From Nemertoderma westbladi (Eukaryota; Animalia; Xenacoelomorpha), in assembly GCA_032718475.1 (NCBI GenBank), contig JAUCBJ010003606.1, positions 1 to 33,849 on the forward strand: a stretch of DNA of 33,849 bases. Direction: 5' to 3'. A model generated the notes under the pieces. The model saw nothing but the letters and a program-made list of their open reading frames with translations. It was not told where the DNA came from and did not search any database. Shown in pieces: positions 24,601-33,849 of this stretch. Numbering within the stretch: the first letter of the stretch is position 1; every line of letters starts with the position of its first letter. Both the position numbers and the translations under genes were made by a program.

Positions 24601-27600
24601 CAGCCAGCTTGCTGGCTTTCTAGTTAGTGTTACAGTAAATAGATATACGAAGTAAATAGTAAGTATAATAGTAAATATATAATGACAATTTAAATAATCA
24701 TCTGTTAAAACAACCAAATGAAGACTAATAAAATCTATACAATTACAATAATAATAAACATTTAACGCAAACTTTTTAATTGAATAATATAAATTAAAAT
24801 AGTTTATGGCGCATTTCAGCATCGATTAGTTATTAATAAAATTGATATGTATCGTTATCACGTCGATTTTATGTAATGGGTTTACTGCTAACGGAATTAC
24901 TGTATAAGATAATATTTATTTTTATGAGAGAGAAGCCCTCCTCTCCCCCTCTCTCCCTCTCAGTCTCCTTGCACTCCAGAAAAAGCAAGTCACCTATATC
25001 GCTTTTTAGGTCTATAGGTTACGAAAATATACTCGCCCCCGCATAGTAGATAGAGTAAATCCATAAAGGCAGTTCATATAGCAGCGGTTGATAGAAATAA
25101 AACCCCCCTCGTACGGCCGCGGTACATAGAAATAAAGCCCACCTCGTACGGCCGCGGTACATAGAAATAAAGCCCACCTCGTACGGCCGCGGTACATAGA
25201 AATAAAGCCCACCTCGTACGGCCGCGGTACATAGAAATAAAGCCCACCTCGTACGGCGGCGGTACATAGAAATAAAGCCCACCTCGTACGGCCGCGGTAC
25301 ATAGAAATAAAGCCCACCTCGTACGGCCGCGGTACATAGAAATAAAGCCCACCTCGTACGGCGGCGGTACATAGAAATAAAGCCCACCTCGTACGGCGGC
25401 GGTACATAGAAATAAAGCCCACCTCGTACGGCGGCGGTACATAGAAATAAAGCCCACCTTGTATGGCGGCAGTACATAGAAATAAAGCCCACCTCGTATG
25501 GCGGCAGTACATAGAAATAAAGCCCACCTCGTATGGCGGCGGTACATAGAAATAAAGCCCACCTCGTATGGCCGCGGTACATAGAAATAAAGCCCACCTC
25601 GTACGGCCGCGGTACATAGAAATAAAGCCCACCTCGTACGGCCGCGGTACATAGAAATAAAGCCCACCTCGTACGGCCGCGGTACATAGAAATAAAGCCC
25701 ACCTCGTACGGCCGCGGTACATAGAAATAAAGCCCACCTCGTACGGCCGCGGTACATAGAAATAAAGCCCACCTCGTACGGCCGCGGTACATAGAAATAA
25801 AGCCCACCTCGTACGGCGGCGGTAAATAGTAATAAAGCCCACCTCGTACGGCGCGGTACATAGAAATAAAGCCCACCTCGTAGGTTTTCCCAACAACAGA
25901 AGATCCGTTGACTTGGATTATCGCAAACACGTTGATTGTCGAATCGAGTGAATCGTCTGTAAAGACAATGATTTGCTATAATTTCCAGTCCAAAGTACCT
26001 AAAGAAGCATTTGTATGACATTATGGTCGTCAGATACTACTTTATATCACTACGGTAAGTAAAACCCAGCCCAGTGAAGGGATTTGTGGGGCGAGCCACG
26101 AAGTGTGTGAAACCTTAGCATATGGGTGCCATTAACGAGTTGTCTGTCGTCGTCGTCGTCGTAAATTTTTGATCGCTAATAACTCGGGCATTCCTTGATG
26201 ATGAAATTAACCGAAACTTGGCATGTATGTAGTCCGTCGAAAGTTTAGAAAGAATCTGAAGTTTGATAAAAAAAACGAACTAACGCAACGAGGCAAATGA
26301 AGGAGACGAGTATTGTGTTGACGATTTCTGACTAACGACAGACAACTAAGGCATTGCTCACTTCGTGCTGCGTGAAGGCCCCACGAACGTGTCACTAATG
26401 GGTTGATTCAGTAAAATTAATTCCATATAAATTTAATTGAACTCACTAGATTTAGTTATATACCCCATATCCAAAGTTCCTCTCACTTGCCAACCCGCGT
26501 CACCCGTTTCCAAATACGACGGATGAACCCTGGGGAATTGGATCTTTTTATTCATTAATTTCTTGAACTTCTCCATGCAGGGGTACTTATATCCAAAGGA
26601 TCTGCAAATATATTCGGAATACAATGATACATTATTTTTCGTGGGTTTACCATAGAGATTACCTATTGAGTGAGGGGTGGTTGTGTTGTGCAATCTGGCA
26701 CTGTGCAGTGAGCCTGTGTACAACTGCTGTATCATGATGATTACAGTAATGTATTTCATTATTACCTAGGACATAAACAAAACATGCGGAATTAACATTA
26801 ATAGCTCGGCTAGGAATTAAACTTATTTTCTTGATTACCCTTAATGACTGCAACATATATAATAATAAATTCTAATTATATAATACTAATCGAAAAGTAC
26901 CTCGTCTGTCTTAAAAATTATTCAATAATTATTTATGAAAATCGTCTCAAGATTGCATTGATTTGTTTACTAAATGTAACTAAGTTACCAAATAAACTAA
27001 CTGAACTCGCAACGCGCAAATAGTGATGGCGTCGTGTTTGTTACTCGTCATTGAGAACTTTAGAGGAGTTGAGATATCGTTGACGTGGAGGGTGACCTTC
27101 CAGATAACAGCGGAATCGATCCGAGGTTTCTTTGTCTCGTCGTTAAGAACCGTATCGATGTTGGGTTCGTTAGCGATACCAGTAACCTGTTACAATACGT
27201 AAAAGAGTTCGAGTCATCTATTATTAAGTCAGACCAGACGTTAACCAAGTCTATAAGACGCAATCCATTATGCTACAATGTTGGCCGACCCAGAAACAAA
27301 GCTGCCTCCAAATCACCCAGTCAGCCAGATACTTTCTAAGCTCGGGGAACGTAGAAACTTTCTAAAGTCTTGTGTAGGGACAACTCTTTAAGCCGGTACG
27401 TAAGTTATTGGCTGACCACCATCTCTGTGATCACCACCAGGAGGTTTCTATAGCACAAGGAGCTAATCAAGTGGTCTGATATCCAGATCCTGGACCGCTG
27501 GTTGATGTTATCCTTTTGGGGATGTTGAGGTCAGATGAAGACATCCTGATCCCTGATAGCAGAAACGGTCAACATGACCTAGAGCTCCTCACAGATACTG

Positions 27601-30600
27601 TTGGTCAGGTATAATGTACACTGCCTAGGCCGAGTTTGTCTTCTTGTTTATAAAAAAAGATCAACATTGGAGGCTGTTTCATATTAGGTGAGTAACAACT
27701 TCTGAGCCTCCTACTGTACAATATCCTTCAACAGACCACAATCTCATCAGTAAAGTGATACATGTTTCGCTTAGGATGAACCGCATTCACTACCAGATTG
27801 GGGGTATACAGTACTGTTTGACCAATCCAAACCCATATGAATTAAGAATGTTCAAATAAGTCAACCAAAACAATTAAAAGATTGGATATCCCCCTGAAGG
27901 ACAACCCACAGAAGGCAGTACTACTGTACTGTAATAATACAAGTAAGTGGTCATAGTAGCATACATACATATAATGTAGGCCTACATACCTGTGCTGGTT
28001 CCCAGGTGACCGATCTCTGTCCCACCCATACCGTCCGTTTCACGTTGTATTCCACTCCGACGGTGACCCAAAATGTCCCGCCCAGACTCACGAACCCTCC
28101 CTGTCCATACCCCGCACGATCCTCCTCTTTGTTACCGAAAGCCGCCGCCGCGAACTCGATCCGGATTTCCACAGGATCCGGACCCGGATTTACAACTCGA
28201 CCAAAACTGTATTTTGCCGTATCGGGCTGCAAATAAGATAATAATTATTGGAGCGATAAGCCTAAAGTTAAGGGTAAAATAACACAAGAACAGTAAGCGC
28301 CATCGTAGTAGAAGAGTAAATCCCATGCCTTGAATTCATATCTCTCCAGAGGTCGTAGGTTCGATCCCCGCTTTGGGCACAGGGTAGTTAAACCTCGGCA
28401 CAAAATTGCCGCAATATATATTTATTGCCGCAATAACAATTGAACATCTTTTAAATATTTCATGAGTGATTTAAATGTTTTCATAAGTGATTTAAATATT
28501 TTCATGAGTGATTTAATTATTTTCATGAGTGATTTAATTATATTTACGTACACTATTATATTATTTCTAGTATATACTACTACAGTATTTGATTTGATTT
28601 TAATTCTGTTGAGACGCCATACGACTGCCCATTTCCGTAGCATCAATAGGACTACTACTAGGATCGGCATGCTGCATTGCAGCTGCATTTTTTGCGCCGC
28701 CACAACTCCCTATCATCCATGACGCCAGAGTTACTATGAACTCTGATGGTTGTAAAACTAACCTAATCTACTGTAATCAACTTCATACGGCATATTGACA
28801 AGGACATCGTAAGGACACATTAATATATTTAAATAAAATAAAACGACTATTACTTTATCGTTACTTACTTCGACACTTACTTACACTCGTTGTATAATAC
28901 TGCAGTGTGTAGAATCTTAACACTTGAAAAATAAAATCATCTACTGACACTGACGACAATGAGATATTACCTGGGTCAGAGTCAACAGCGCCGCATATGG
29001 CTAGAGCTATTCAACCTGGTGATTTTTGAGCGGTTCTTAATTATATGGTGCGTTGCTCCGTTTATCTGTGTCTATTCTTAGTTGTCCCGACAATCCGCCA
29101 TATGTTGTCCCATACGTTGTCCCATATCAGCCGCCAAACTTAACATCGTGCACCAAGTGTTATTATTTGTAAGCCTACTGTCAGAGACCGTGTGTAGTCT
29201 TGCTCTTCTGGACCGGTAGTCATATACTGTAGTTTGCTCATTTCAAAGTGACGTTCATTGTCTGCTGTGTAGACCAGCTCTAGTCAGTAACACAGAACAC
29301 GTTCGTGGGGCGTCGCGCAGCATTCGAAGTTGAACAAGTTCGAAACAAGTTCGATTTTATCTGGAGTCAAAAGTTCGTGAGGTATTTGCCCGTAACTTTC
29401 GAAAATATTGGAACTTTTTCTCTAGTATGCCCATAGAAAATTTGGTTCAATATGGTTAAAATCTTCAAAACTTATTTACGAATGAATTTTTCATTACAGA
29501 CGGACAGACAGACAGACAGACGGACATGAAATTTTGCCCTATTTCCTCATTATAATTGTGCGCTAAGGCTCGCCCTGCCTGCGTGGCCCGCCCCACATCC
29601 AGTTGTTTACAATTTACAATGGATATTTAATCTTTTGAATTTACCTCCACCACATTTAATTTGCATTGCAAGCATGTCTAGGAATAAATAGTTTTTGTTG
29701 GTTTTAGGTTGCTAAGCTACAAGCGATAGTCAAGTGTAGAATGACAAAGGCCAATGTCATGTTCCCCAACCAGATAATTAAAATATTGGTTTAGTTTAGA
29801 GACCAACAATTTAACAGCAGTAGGCCTATCTACAATACAATAATAATGTATTGTACAGTAATATTGAGCAACATCACTAACCACTGGGATGGCGTAGGGG
29901 TCTGAGGAACTGAGACGCGGTTCAATCTCAGCCCTCTTGCAATCTACATCGTTTTCATCCTCACAGACTGTAATCCCCTTGTTGTCCAGGTCTCTGAACT
30001 CGAGGCCCGCCCCGGCGTACAGGGTGGGTTTGCCACACATCCCGAGAATGGATATCGACTGGGTTTCATCGCGGTCTGGGTGCTTTACTTCATCCGTTGT
30101 GTAGACCTCAACTGCGGGGGGTGGGGGTGTAAGTAAGGGGATATGCTGCGGCCTGTGGGAGCTGGGAGCAGAGTTTGTTGTAAATTTGGAAAACTATTGA
30201 CGATTAGCATCTATAATTATTGTGTAATGGTGTAATGATGCCTTACAGTACGTAGGTAATTGTTACTTATAGTGAAGCAGAACTTTAAGCCATAAAAAAA
30301 GAATGTAGCAACATAATAATTTATGTATGCAGTACATACTGTAGAAAAGAATTTCCACAGAGCCGTCCTACAAATAACCCTGTGTGTGTAGTGTGAGTCA
30401 GAAGGCATAATTATTGGGTTCAGGCAGTTATGGCTTTTGACACAACATTTGAGAAACTACAGTAGTAAAGTGAATCCCTACATCACCACCACCGGGGGAC
30501 GGTCGCTTACATATTGTACTTATGAGCGTCACAAAAAGTTAATTTAGTTGTATAATTTATGTATCGGCTGAAAATTGGACGCGGGTGAATCTTTCTCGCG

Positions 30601-33383
30601 TATGTATTTGCTTTCGCATTTGCTCATTTGATGCAGCTGCGTCGTTGTTTCACCGGCATTTAGATACTGTATGTAAGAAAAACACTTCATTGGTATTAGC
30701 GAAATAGGAAGTTTGGCGAATTAATAACACACTCACTGTTGAGGTTTGGTTCGTCGGTGTTTCCAGGGACCTGTATCGTAGCAACGAACTGAACTCGTGT
30801 GCCGACATCTAAAGTACCAGTTTCTTCTTCCGATATGAACTGCACTCCGTCACCGAAAGTAAACTAAAATAAAGTCAACATAAGTTATTTTAACGTAATA
30901 AATAGCTGCAAGTATAGGTAGAATGGTATACAGTGATCTACCAGCTCATAGCTATAGATAGGGACAATCTACGCTACAGTACGTAAAAAGTACAGAGTAC
31001 AAATTGTGCACTTATACTGAAGAATAACCCACAAGTGTCCATCGCAAATGCACACTAACATCTCACAAAATGGATGGGTTTACTGTGGAAGATCACCTAT
31101 GTTGTTGAACGGATATTCCCTTGCTCAATAAGAATGACATTATTGTCCCATTCATATATGATCCTATCAGATTTGACCTACACAGTATGCTACTGTAGGG
31201 GTAGGCCTACAGTACAGTATGCTACAGTACTGTAGGTCTACAGTACGCTACTGTATGCCTACAGTATGCGACTATAGCCATACAGTCGGCTACTGAATGC
31301 CTACAGTATGCGACTGTAGGCCTACGGTATGCTAATGCATGCCGACAGTACGCTACTGTATGCCTTCAGTATGTGACTATAGGCCTACAGTACGCTACTA
31401 GGCCTACAATATGCCACTGTAGGCATACAGTAGGCTTATGTAGGCCTACAGTAGGCTACTGTATGCCTACTGTTGAGTCAGTCAATAAGGCTGAAGGTAC
31501 GATACTTACAAGATTAGACGCCGATTCGACATCGACGACGATTTCGCCTGCGCCTCTTCGACTTCTCCTTTTACTTCCCTTCTCCGGGTCACTCCCGTAG
31601 AGACCCCCTCCATCCATCCGGTAGTCTGACACTACTTCCCTCTCCCCCAGTCTGGGCGCCACCACGGTAACTACTACTTTTACCCGGTTGGCCCCGCTGG
31701 TGATTCCCTCGTTCACATTTCCGCTCACTGCTGAGACGTCGATTGTTATTTGCTCTCCTTGGGGTAGAAACAATTGTCTAGCAACGTAGATAGACCCCGA
31801 TAGTTGGTCGATGAAGAAGAGTGAGGTGTTATGGGAACCCTTATAGAAAAACAAATATCAAAATATTAAAAAAAAATAATAATAATAAATAAATAAATAA
31901 AAATCGAATTAATCGTGAAAGTAAGGTAGGCAGTATATTATTAATTATAATCATTTATAATTTTAATTTTAATTATTTATTTATTTATATTTTATATTAT
32001 TATTTTATTTATATAATTATTTATATTATATTATATTATTTATATTATATTATATTATTTATATTATATTATTTATATTTATATTTTATTATTTATATTT
32101 TTAATTATTTATATATTATTTATATATTTGTATATATTTTTTATTATTCATATTATTTATTAATATTATAATTATTTATATTTATTTATAACTTATAGTA
32201 TTTATTGGGAACTGATTGGTGAAAATTGTTCGAAGCAGGACAAGTGTTCGTCAATATTTAGTCAATGAAAGTGAAATTCTTTATTTTTTCTTCTATTTTT
32301 GTAGTTTGATAGAAGGGCTTTATGTGGTGACATCGCTTTTCCCCATTGAATAATTGTCCACCACAAAACATAACTTTTCAACAACATAATACATTGCTGA
32401 TATTCATGACTCTCTGTAATAAAACAACCTTGTTTTTCTCAGTTTGGCGATTTCGACGTTTTTGATCACTAAATTCCCTACTATTTTTTATTTTTACTCA
32501 GTTGCCATCAAACATATACGAAAATGTTCAGCAGCTTTAGGACTACTATCGTTGGTTTTGTAAAACAAGGCCATTTGGATCTTCTAGACCCGATTTTGTA
32601 ACTGCTACTCTTTGTCTATCTCAAAATATATGTTCACAAAATATTGTCCGAACATACTAAAGCCCCTATAAATTTTACAAAAACAATAATTCCATGCTAA
32701 AACTTTCGTAAAAGATTGCCTACATACAGTATAGGTCCATTGCGCCAAACTCTTGGACCGAGAACTGCAACCCGGGTGCTATTACTGATCTTTACATATA
32801 GATTTTACATATGAAATCCTGAAAATAATATACAATTTTTGATACAGTTTTTGGTACAGTATTGACATTACAGTTGTGACCTAGTTGGCCCTATCTATGA
32901 TAGATATACAGTAGCCTATATATTCTGTGGGTGGTGGCTTACCGGTACCAATTGAGAGTTAATATATGATATGATTGCAGTAAACAGTACAGCAGAATTT
33001 TTCAGTACTTTGCAGATACCGACTCCATTCCCGTATCTCCTATGGCATACATTTTGATATATTTTACCGCTGATTCTTACATCATTATTCACCTCTTGGT
33101 TGCCTTATGTCCCTTGACTGGACTTTATTATTTGTTAACAGTTCATACGTTGCCATCAACGTAATTGAGGTAACATTTATTATATCTGACAATATACTGT
33201 TAGAAACATCAACCCAGTTATTTCTTGAACTACTCCGAGTTCTCAACATCAAACCCTCGACCGGGATTTCCCCAAGACAGGACCCTTGATTGAGAACTGG
33301 TGGTAGACGATTAGACACCGAGGTAGACTGAGAAAATGATTTCCGGTAAGCATCTTGAACCAAAAAGTGACCCGTTATAAACT
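3483..33383 (-). CDS. Partial multi-exon gene for a large, probably extracellular protein (cadherin-like segment, furin-type site, tandem beta-rich repeats); incomplete at both ends
   Basis: 16 minus-strand exons with AG/GT boundaries and matching phases, apart from two apparent +1 frameshifts. Recurrent motifs in the spliced product: (L/I)C..G.N(L/F/Y)P(C), (I/L)TN.G-like segments, W...L-type strand ends. Confidence 0.85.
3878..4028 (-). CDS. Host gene exon
   Basis: tttctag|G ATT...TCG|GTATGA, phase 2-0. RIAVQFLRQAGG...FVENVES. Confidence 0.85.
4422..4650 (-). CDS. Host gene exon
   Basis: tattaag|GA AAC...AG|GTGAAT, phase 1-2. GNYPCTNRD...IYITNVGSYDILGHNAIRL. Confidence 0.88.
4855..5044 (-). 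CDS. Host gene exon
   Basis: ttatttag|GAT...G|GTAGGT, phase 0-1. DQFGWLMKSS...YQATIILPPG...FTICSMTIIDLG. Confidence 0.88.
5174..5341 (-). CDS. Host gene exon
   Basis: ttatttag|GCA...GTG|GTAAGT, phase 0-0. ALQLTIALAYQTV...DYDGIWAETLELV...VQLNV. Confidence 0.88.
5429..5525 (-). CDS. Host gene exon
   Basis: ttttttag|G GAA...GAG|GTTAGA, phase 2-0. EDAGGDSVGIAHFIDLDTLTHLGLNNDPDDTE. Confidence 0.85.
5660..8350. repeat. 28-bp minisatellite (TTGTAACTTACCTCACTACTGTTGTTGG), about 50 copies in three blocks
   Basis: Period 28 (e.g. gtaac at 8101 and 8129). Blocks at about 5660-6654, 7588-7820 and 7975-8350. Includes 34-bp variant units. Confidence 0.97.
6655..7587 (+). mobile_element. 5'-truncated CRE-like non-LTR retrotransposon (CCHC knuckle and restriction-like endonuclease end)
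   Basis: SSGWISSLP...LSPLEFRDALAIRYG...CDGC...H..NCKKGG, then NELRD...EPVV...LRCDVGIRG...DIRV...EDQKKRLY...FSPFVASCDG...IRG...CLRG. AT-rich 3' UTR. TACCTCACTACTGTT flanks both sides (6640-6654, 7588-7602). Confidence 0.85.
8334..8476 (-). CDS. Host gene exon whose 3' end and donor form the unit of the adjacent 28-bp satellite
   Basis: ttatttag|TTG...GTG AG|GTAAGT, phase 0-2. LIEKATVPESKLEICKIYFPHVGSNFPLLQDVADKYVSNAGEPTTVV. It bridges the phase-0 exon at 10064 and the phase-2 exon at 5525. Confidence 0.88.
10064..10225 (-). CDS. Host gene exon
   Basis: ttttacag|AGT...CAG|GTTAGG, phase 0-0. SSQMPLVTLIP...AAIHIDLTVPR...TVAFQ. Confidence 0.85.
11345..11640 (-). mobile_element. tRNA-derived SINE (diverged)
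   Basis: Minus-strand tRNA-like head with degenerate A box and GGTTCAAAT B box, a TGTGTTGTGTCC core-like motif, and a 3' tail (GGAGTCTTCGGGTTGCC) similar to the SINE at 23934-24174. Confidence 0.55.
11721..11989 (-). CDS. Host gene exon
   Basis: ttctacag|AT GTG...ATG|GTGAGT, phase 1-0. DVDVDFTAEDNEFTIETILELRE...RPCIM. Confidence 0.88.
12167..15126 (-). mobile_element. Full-length Kolobok-like DNA transposon (about 2.96 kb) with TTAA target duplication
   Basis: TTAA at 12163-12166 and 15127-15130. TIRs GGGGGGAGG(G)ACACCCCA. Internal DDE transposase. Confidence 0.88.
12939..14667 (-). pseudogene. DDE transposase ('Mutator-like' domain type seen in Kolobok-related elements), one frameshift in an A-run near 13600
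   Basis: SVTFDATWQKRGH, TGAVLD..SK.C..C, HNCDINFRGSSNAME, LRYTELLSDGDS, KYECINHIAKR, then in the +1 frame IGGVNGLS..., HEDCP..WC, LLKRCLPGLTQNQNES.H..LW, C-terminal YKPGGF. Confidence 0.88.
15370..15560 (-). CDS. Host gene exon with apparent +1 frameshift near 15450
   Basis: ttaaatag|GCC gives ALVQMKWSDFRLAGIRFTNNGLNLPC. The 3' half KWLTGLGDEKVVEVGPFYITNIALRT is in the +1 frame and ends G|GTTAGT (phase 1), matching the next exon. Confidence 0.72.
15729..15974 (-). CDS. Host gene exon
   Basis: tttctag|CTT...AAG|GTTTGT, phase 0-0. LMGRADSSPL...AIAIHAKLNVPEGTYRIK. Confidence 0.82.
16458..16922 (+). mobile_element. Penelope-like element terminal (pLTR) fragment
   Basis: 465-bp insert absent from the sister repeat at 19602-20090. 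AT-rich tract followed by a minimal type I hammerhead. Flanked by a 108-bp duplication (16350-16457, 16923-17030). Confidence 0.65.
16759..16800 (+). ncRNA. Minimal type I hammerhead ribozyme
   Basis: TACCG-CTGAAGA-C-GCCC(GCGA)GGGT-GAAA-TGGCCA-TA-CGGTA: stem I, catalytic core, stem II with GNRA loop, palindromic short stem III, AUA cleavage triplet. Confidence 0.82.
17424..19600 (+). pseudogene. Frameshifted gag/ORF1-like remnant
   Basis: MSEHETP..., VNPEDSVSSISR...SATSSAKAR motif, long E/R coiled coil, Asn-rich tract (18480-18760), G/R-rich tail. Many stops and frameshifts. Confidence 0.5.
21599..22589 (+). mobile_element. Non-autonomous TGT-flanked element (HINE/Helentron-like), copy 1
   Basis: Starts TGTGGGGCGAG, has a CTGTT-type microsatellite, ends GCCCCACGAACGTGT. 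Empty site visible in the paralogous repeat at 24367-24390. Confidence 0.75.
23426..24253 (+). mobile_element. Non-autonomous TGT-flanked element, copy 2 (contains a SINE)
   Basis: Same termini, (GTC)n microsatellite. Confidence 0.75.
23934..24174 (-). mobile_element. tRNA-derived SINE with Nin/Deu-like core and 11-bp TSD
   Basis: Minus strand GGCGGGGTAGCTCAGTTGGTTGAGCG (A box), TGC anticodon-like loop, GGTTCAGCCCC (B box), ACTCAGCCTTTCATCC...ATGAGTACCAG core. TSD TTCGTATATCT at 23923-23933 and 24175-24185. Confidence 0.85.
25092..25882. repeat. 35-bp minisatellite (GTACATAGAAATAAAGCCCACCTCGTACGGCCGCG), about 22 copies
   Basis: Period 35 (25122, 25157...), no spacers, highly homogeneous. 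Confidence 0.97.
26085..26392 (+). mobile_element. Non-autonomous TGT-flanked element, copy 3
   Basis: Same termini. The 5' part is nearly identical to copy 2. Confidence 0.78.
27990..28226 (-). CDS. Host gene exon
   Basis: tttgcag|CCC...CAG|GTATGT, phase 0-0. PDTAKYSFGRVVN...FWVTVGVEYNVKRTVWVGQRSVTWEPAQ. Confidence 0.88.
28297..28400 (+). mobile_element. Possible tRNA-like SINE head
   Basis: GGTTCGATCCCC B box at about 28358 with a weak upstream A-box-like motif. Confidence 0.35.
28458..28542. repeat. 21-bp tandem repeat (TTTCATGAGTGATTTAAATAT-like), 4 copies
   Basis: Direct inspection. Confidence 0.85.
29297..29597 (-). mobile_element. Non-autonomous TGT-flanked element, copy 4 (reverse orientation)
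   Basis: Plus strand reads ACACGTTCGTGGGGC...(GACA)n...CGCCCCACA. Confidence 0.72.
29882..30111 (-). CDS. Host gene exon
   Basis: ccgcag|TT GAG...GTG|GTTAGT, phase 1-0. IEVYTTDEVK...ILGMCGKPTLYAGAGLEF...YAIPV. Confidence 0.85.
30737..30863 (-). CDS. Host gene exon
   Basis: attttag|TTT...A|GTGAGT, phase 0-1. FTFGDGVQFISEEETGTLDVGTRVQFVATIQVPGNTDEPNLN. Confidence 0.85.
31177..31472. repeat. Degenerate tandem array of palindromic units (CCTACAGTA-NNN-TACTGTAGG)
   Basis: Repeated TACAGTA/TACTGTA self-complementary units. Confidence 0.85.
31510..31839 (-). CDS. Host gene exon: cadherin-like half repeat plus furin-type site
   Basis: ttctataag|GGT...CTT|GTAAGT, phase 0-0. GSHNTSLFFIDQLSGSIYVARQL...ITIDVSA...VKVVVTV (cadherin F.ID..SG.I.V pattern), then KRRSRR. 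Confidence 0.85.
31935..32205. repeat. AT-rich low-complexity tract
   Basis: Nearly pure A/T (TTATA/TTTAT-type). Confidence 0.9.
32943..33383 (-). CDS. Host gene exon (tentative, most 5' in window); apparent frameshift near 33100
   Basis: Acceptor ttgtaag|GA GTT ATA at 33384. Frame VITGHFLVQDAYRK...DIRQPR, then a +1 frame GNQEVNNDVRISGKIYQ...IISYINSQLVP that ends at donor CCG|GTAAGC (32943) in phase 0, matching the next exon. An alternative donor exists at 33093. Confidence 0.5.
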
Positions 33384-33520
33384 CCTTACAATACGGACAG
33401 ACAGAGAAACCGACTACATCCCATCAAATATTACAACTTATGTCGTAAATGAAATCAGTAACCCCGAAAAATATGTCCCCATAAGAATAGTATTACCTCT
33501 TTGGTGAGCTTCATTCGTGC

Positions 33521-33849
33521 CAGACATTATTAACCACCCGGACTCCAGGCAGACATTATTAACCATCCGGACTCCAGGCAGACATTATTAACCATCCGGA
33601 CTCCAGGCAGACAATAGTAACCATCCGGACTTCCGGCAGACATTATTAACCATCCGGACTTCAGGCAGACATTATTAACCATCCAGACTTCAGGCAGACA
33701 TTATTAACCATCCGGACTCCAGGCAGACATTATTAACCATCCGGACTCCAGGCAGACATTATTAACCATCCGGACTCCAGGCAGACATTATTAACCATCC
33801 GGACTCCAGGCAGACATTATTAACCATCCGGACTCCAGGCAGACAATAT
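33521..33849. repeat. 29-bp minisatellite (CAGACATTATTAACCATCCGGACTCCAGG), about 11 copies, runs off the window end
   Basis: Period 29 by inspection. Confidence 0.95.

Noticed and set aside
25012-26021. Three overlapping ORFs of about 300 aa, and a CRISPR-like 35-bp repeat length
   Set aside because: The ORFs arise from a stop-free 35-bp tandem repeat. There are no unique spacers or cas genes, and the context is eukaryotic.

Overview
Eukaryotic (animal-like, probably invertebrate) genomic DNA, not prokaryotic. The backbone is part of a large minus-strand multi-exon gene. I traced 16 exons by GT-AG sites and phase continuity; the gene runs off both window ends. It encodes a probably secreted protein with a cadherin-like segment, a furin-type KRRSRR site and several divergent beta-rich repeats. 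Its introns are packed with mobile DNA: a decayed RTE-type LINE, a CR1/L2-group remnant, a 5'-truncated CRE-like RLE retrotransposon, a nearly intact TTAA-flanked Kolobok-like DNA transposon, tRNA-derived SINEs, four TGT-flanked HINE-like elements, and a direct-repeat element with a gag-like ORF that carries a Penelope-type hammerhead insert. The most unusual feature is a 28-bp satellite whose unit is the host exon's last 17 nt plus its splice donor. It fills one intron with about 50 GAG|GTAAGT sites and is itself interrupted by the CRE-like element.
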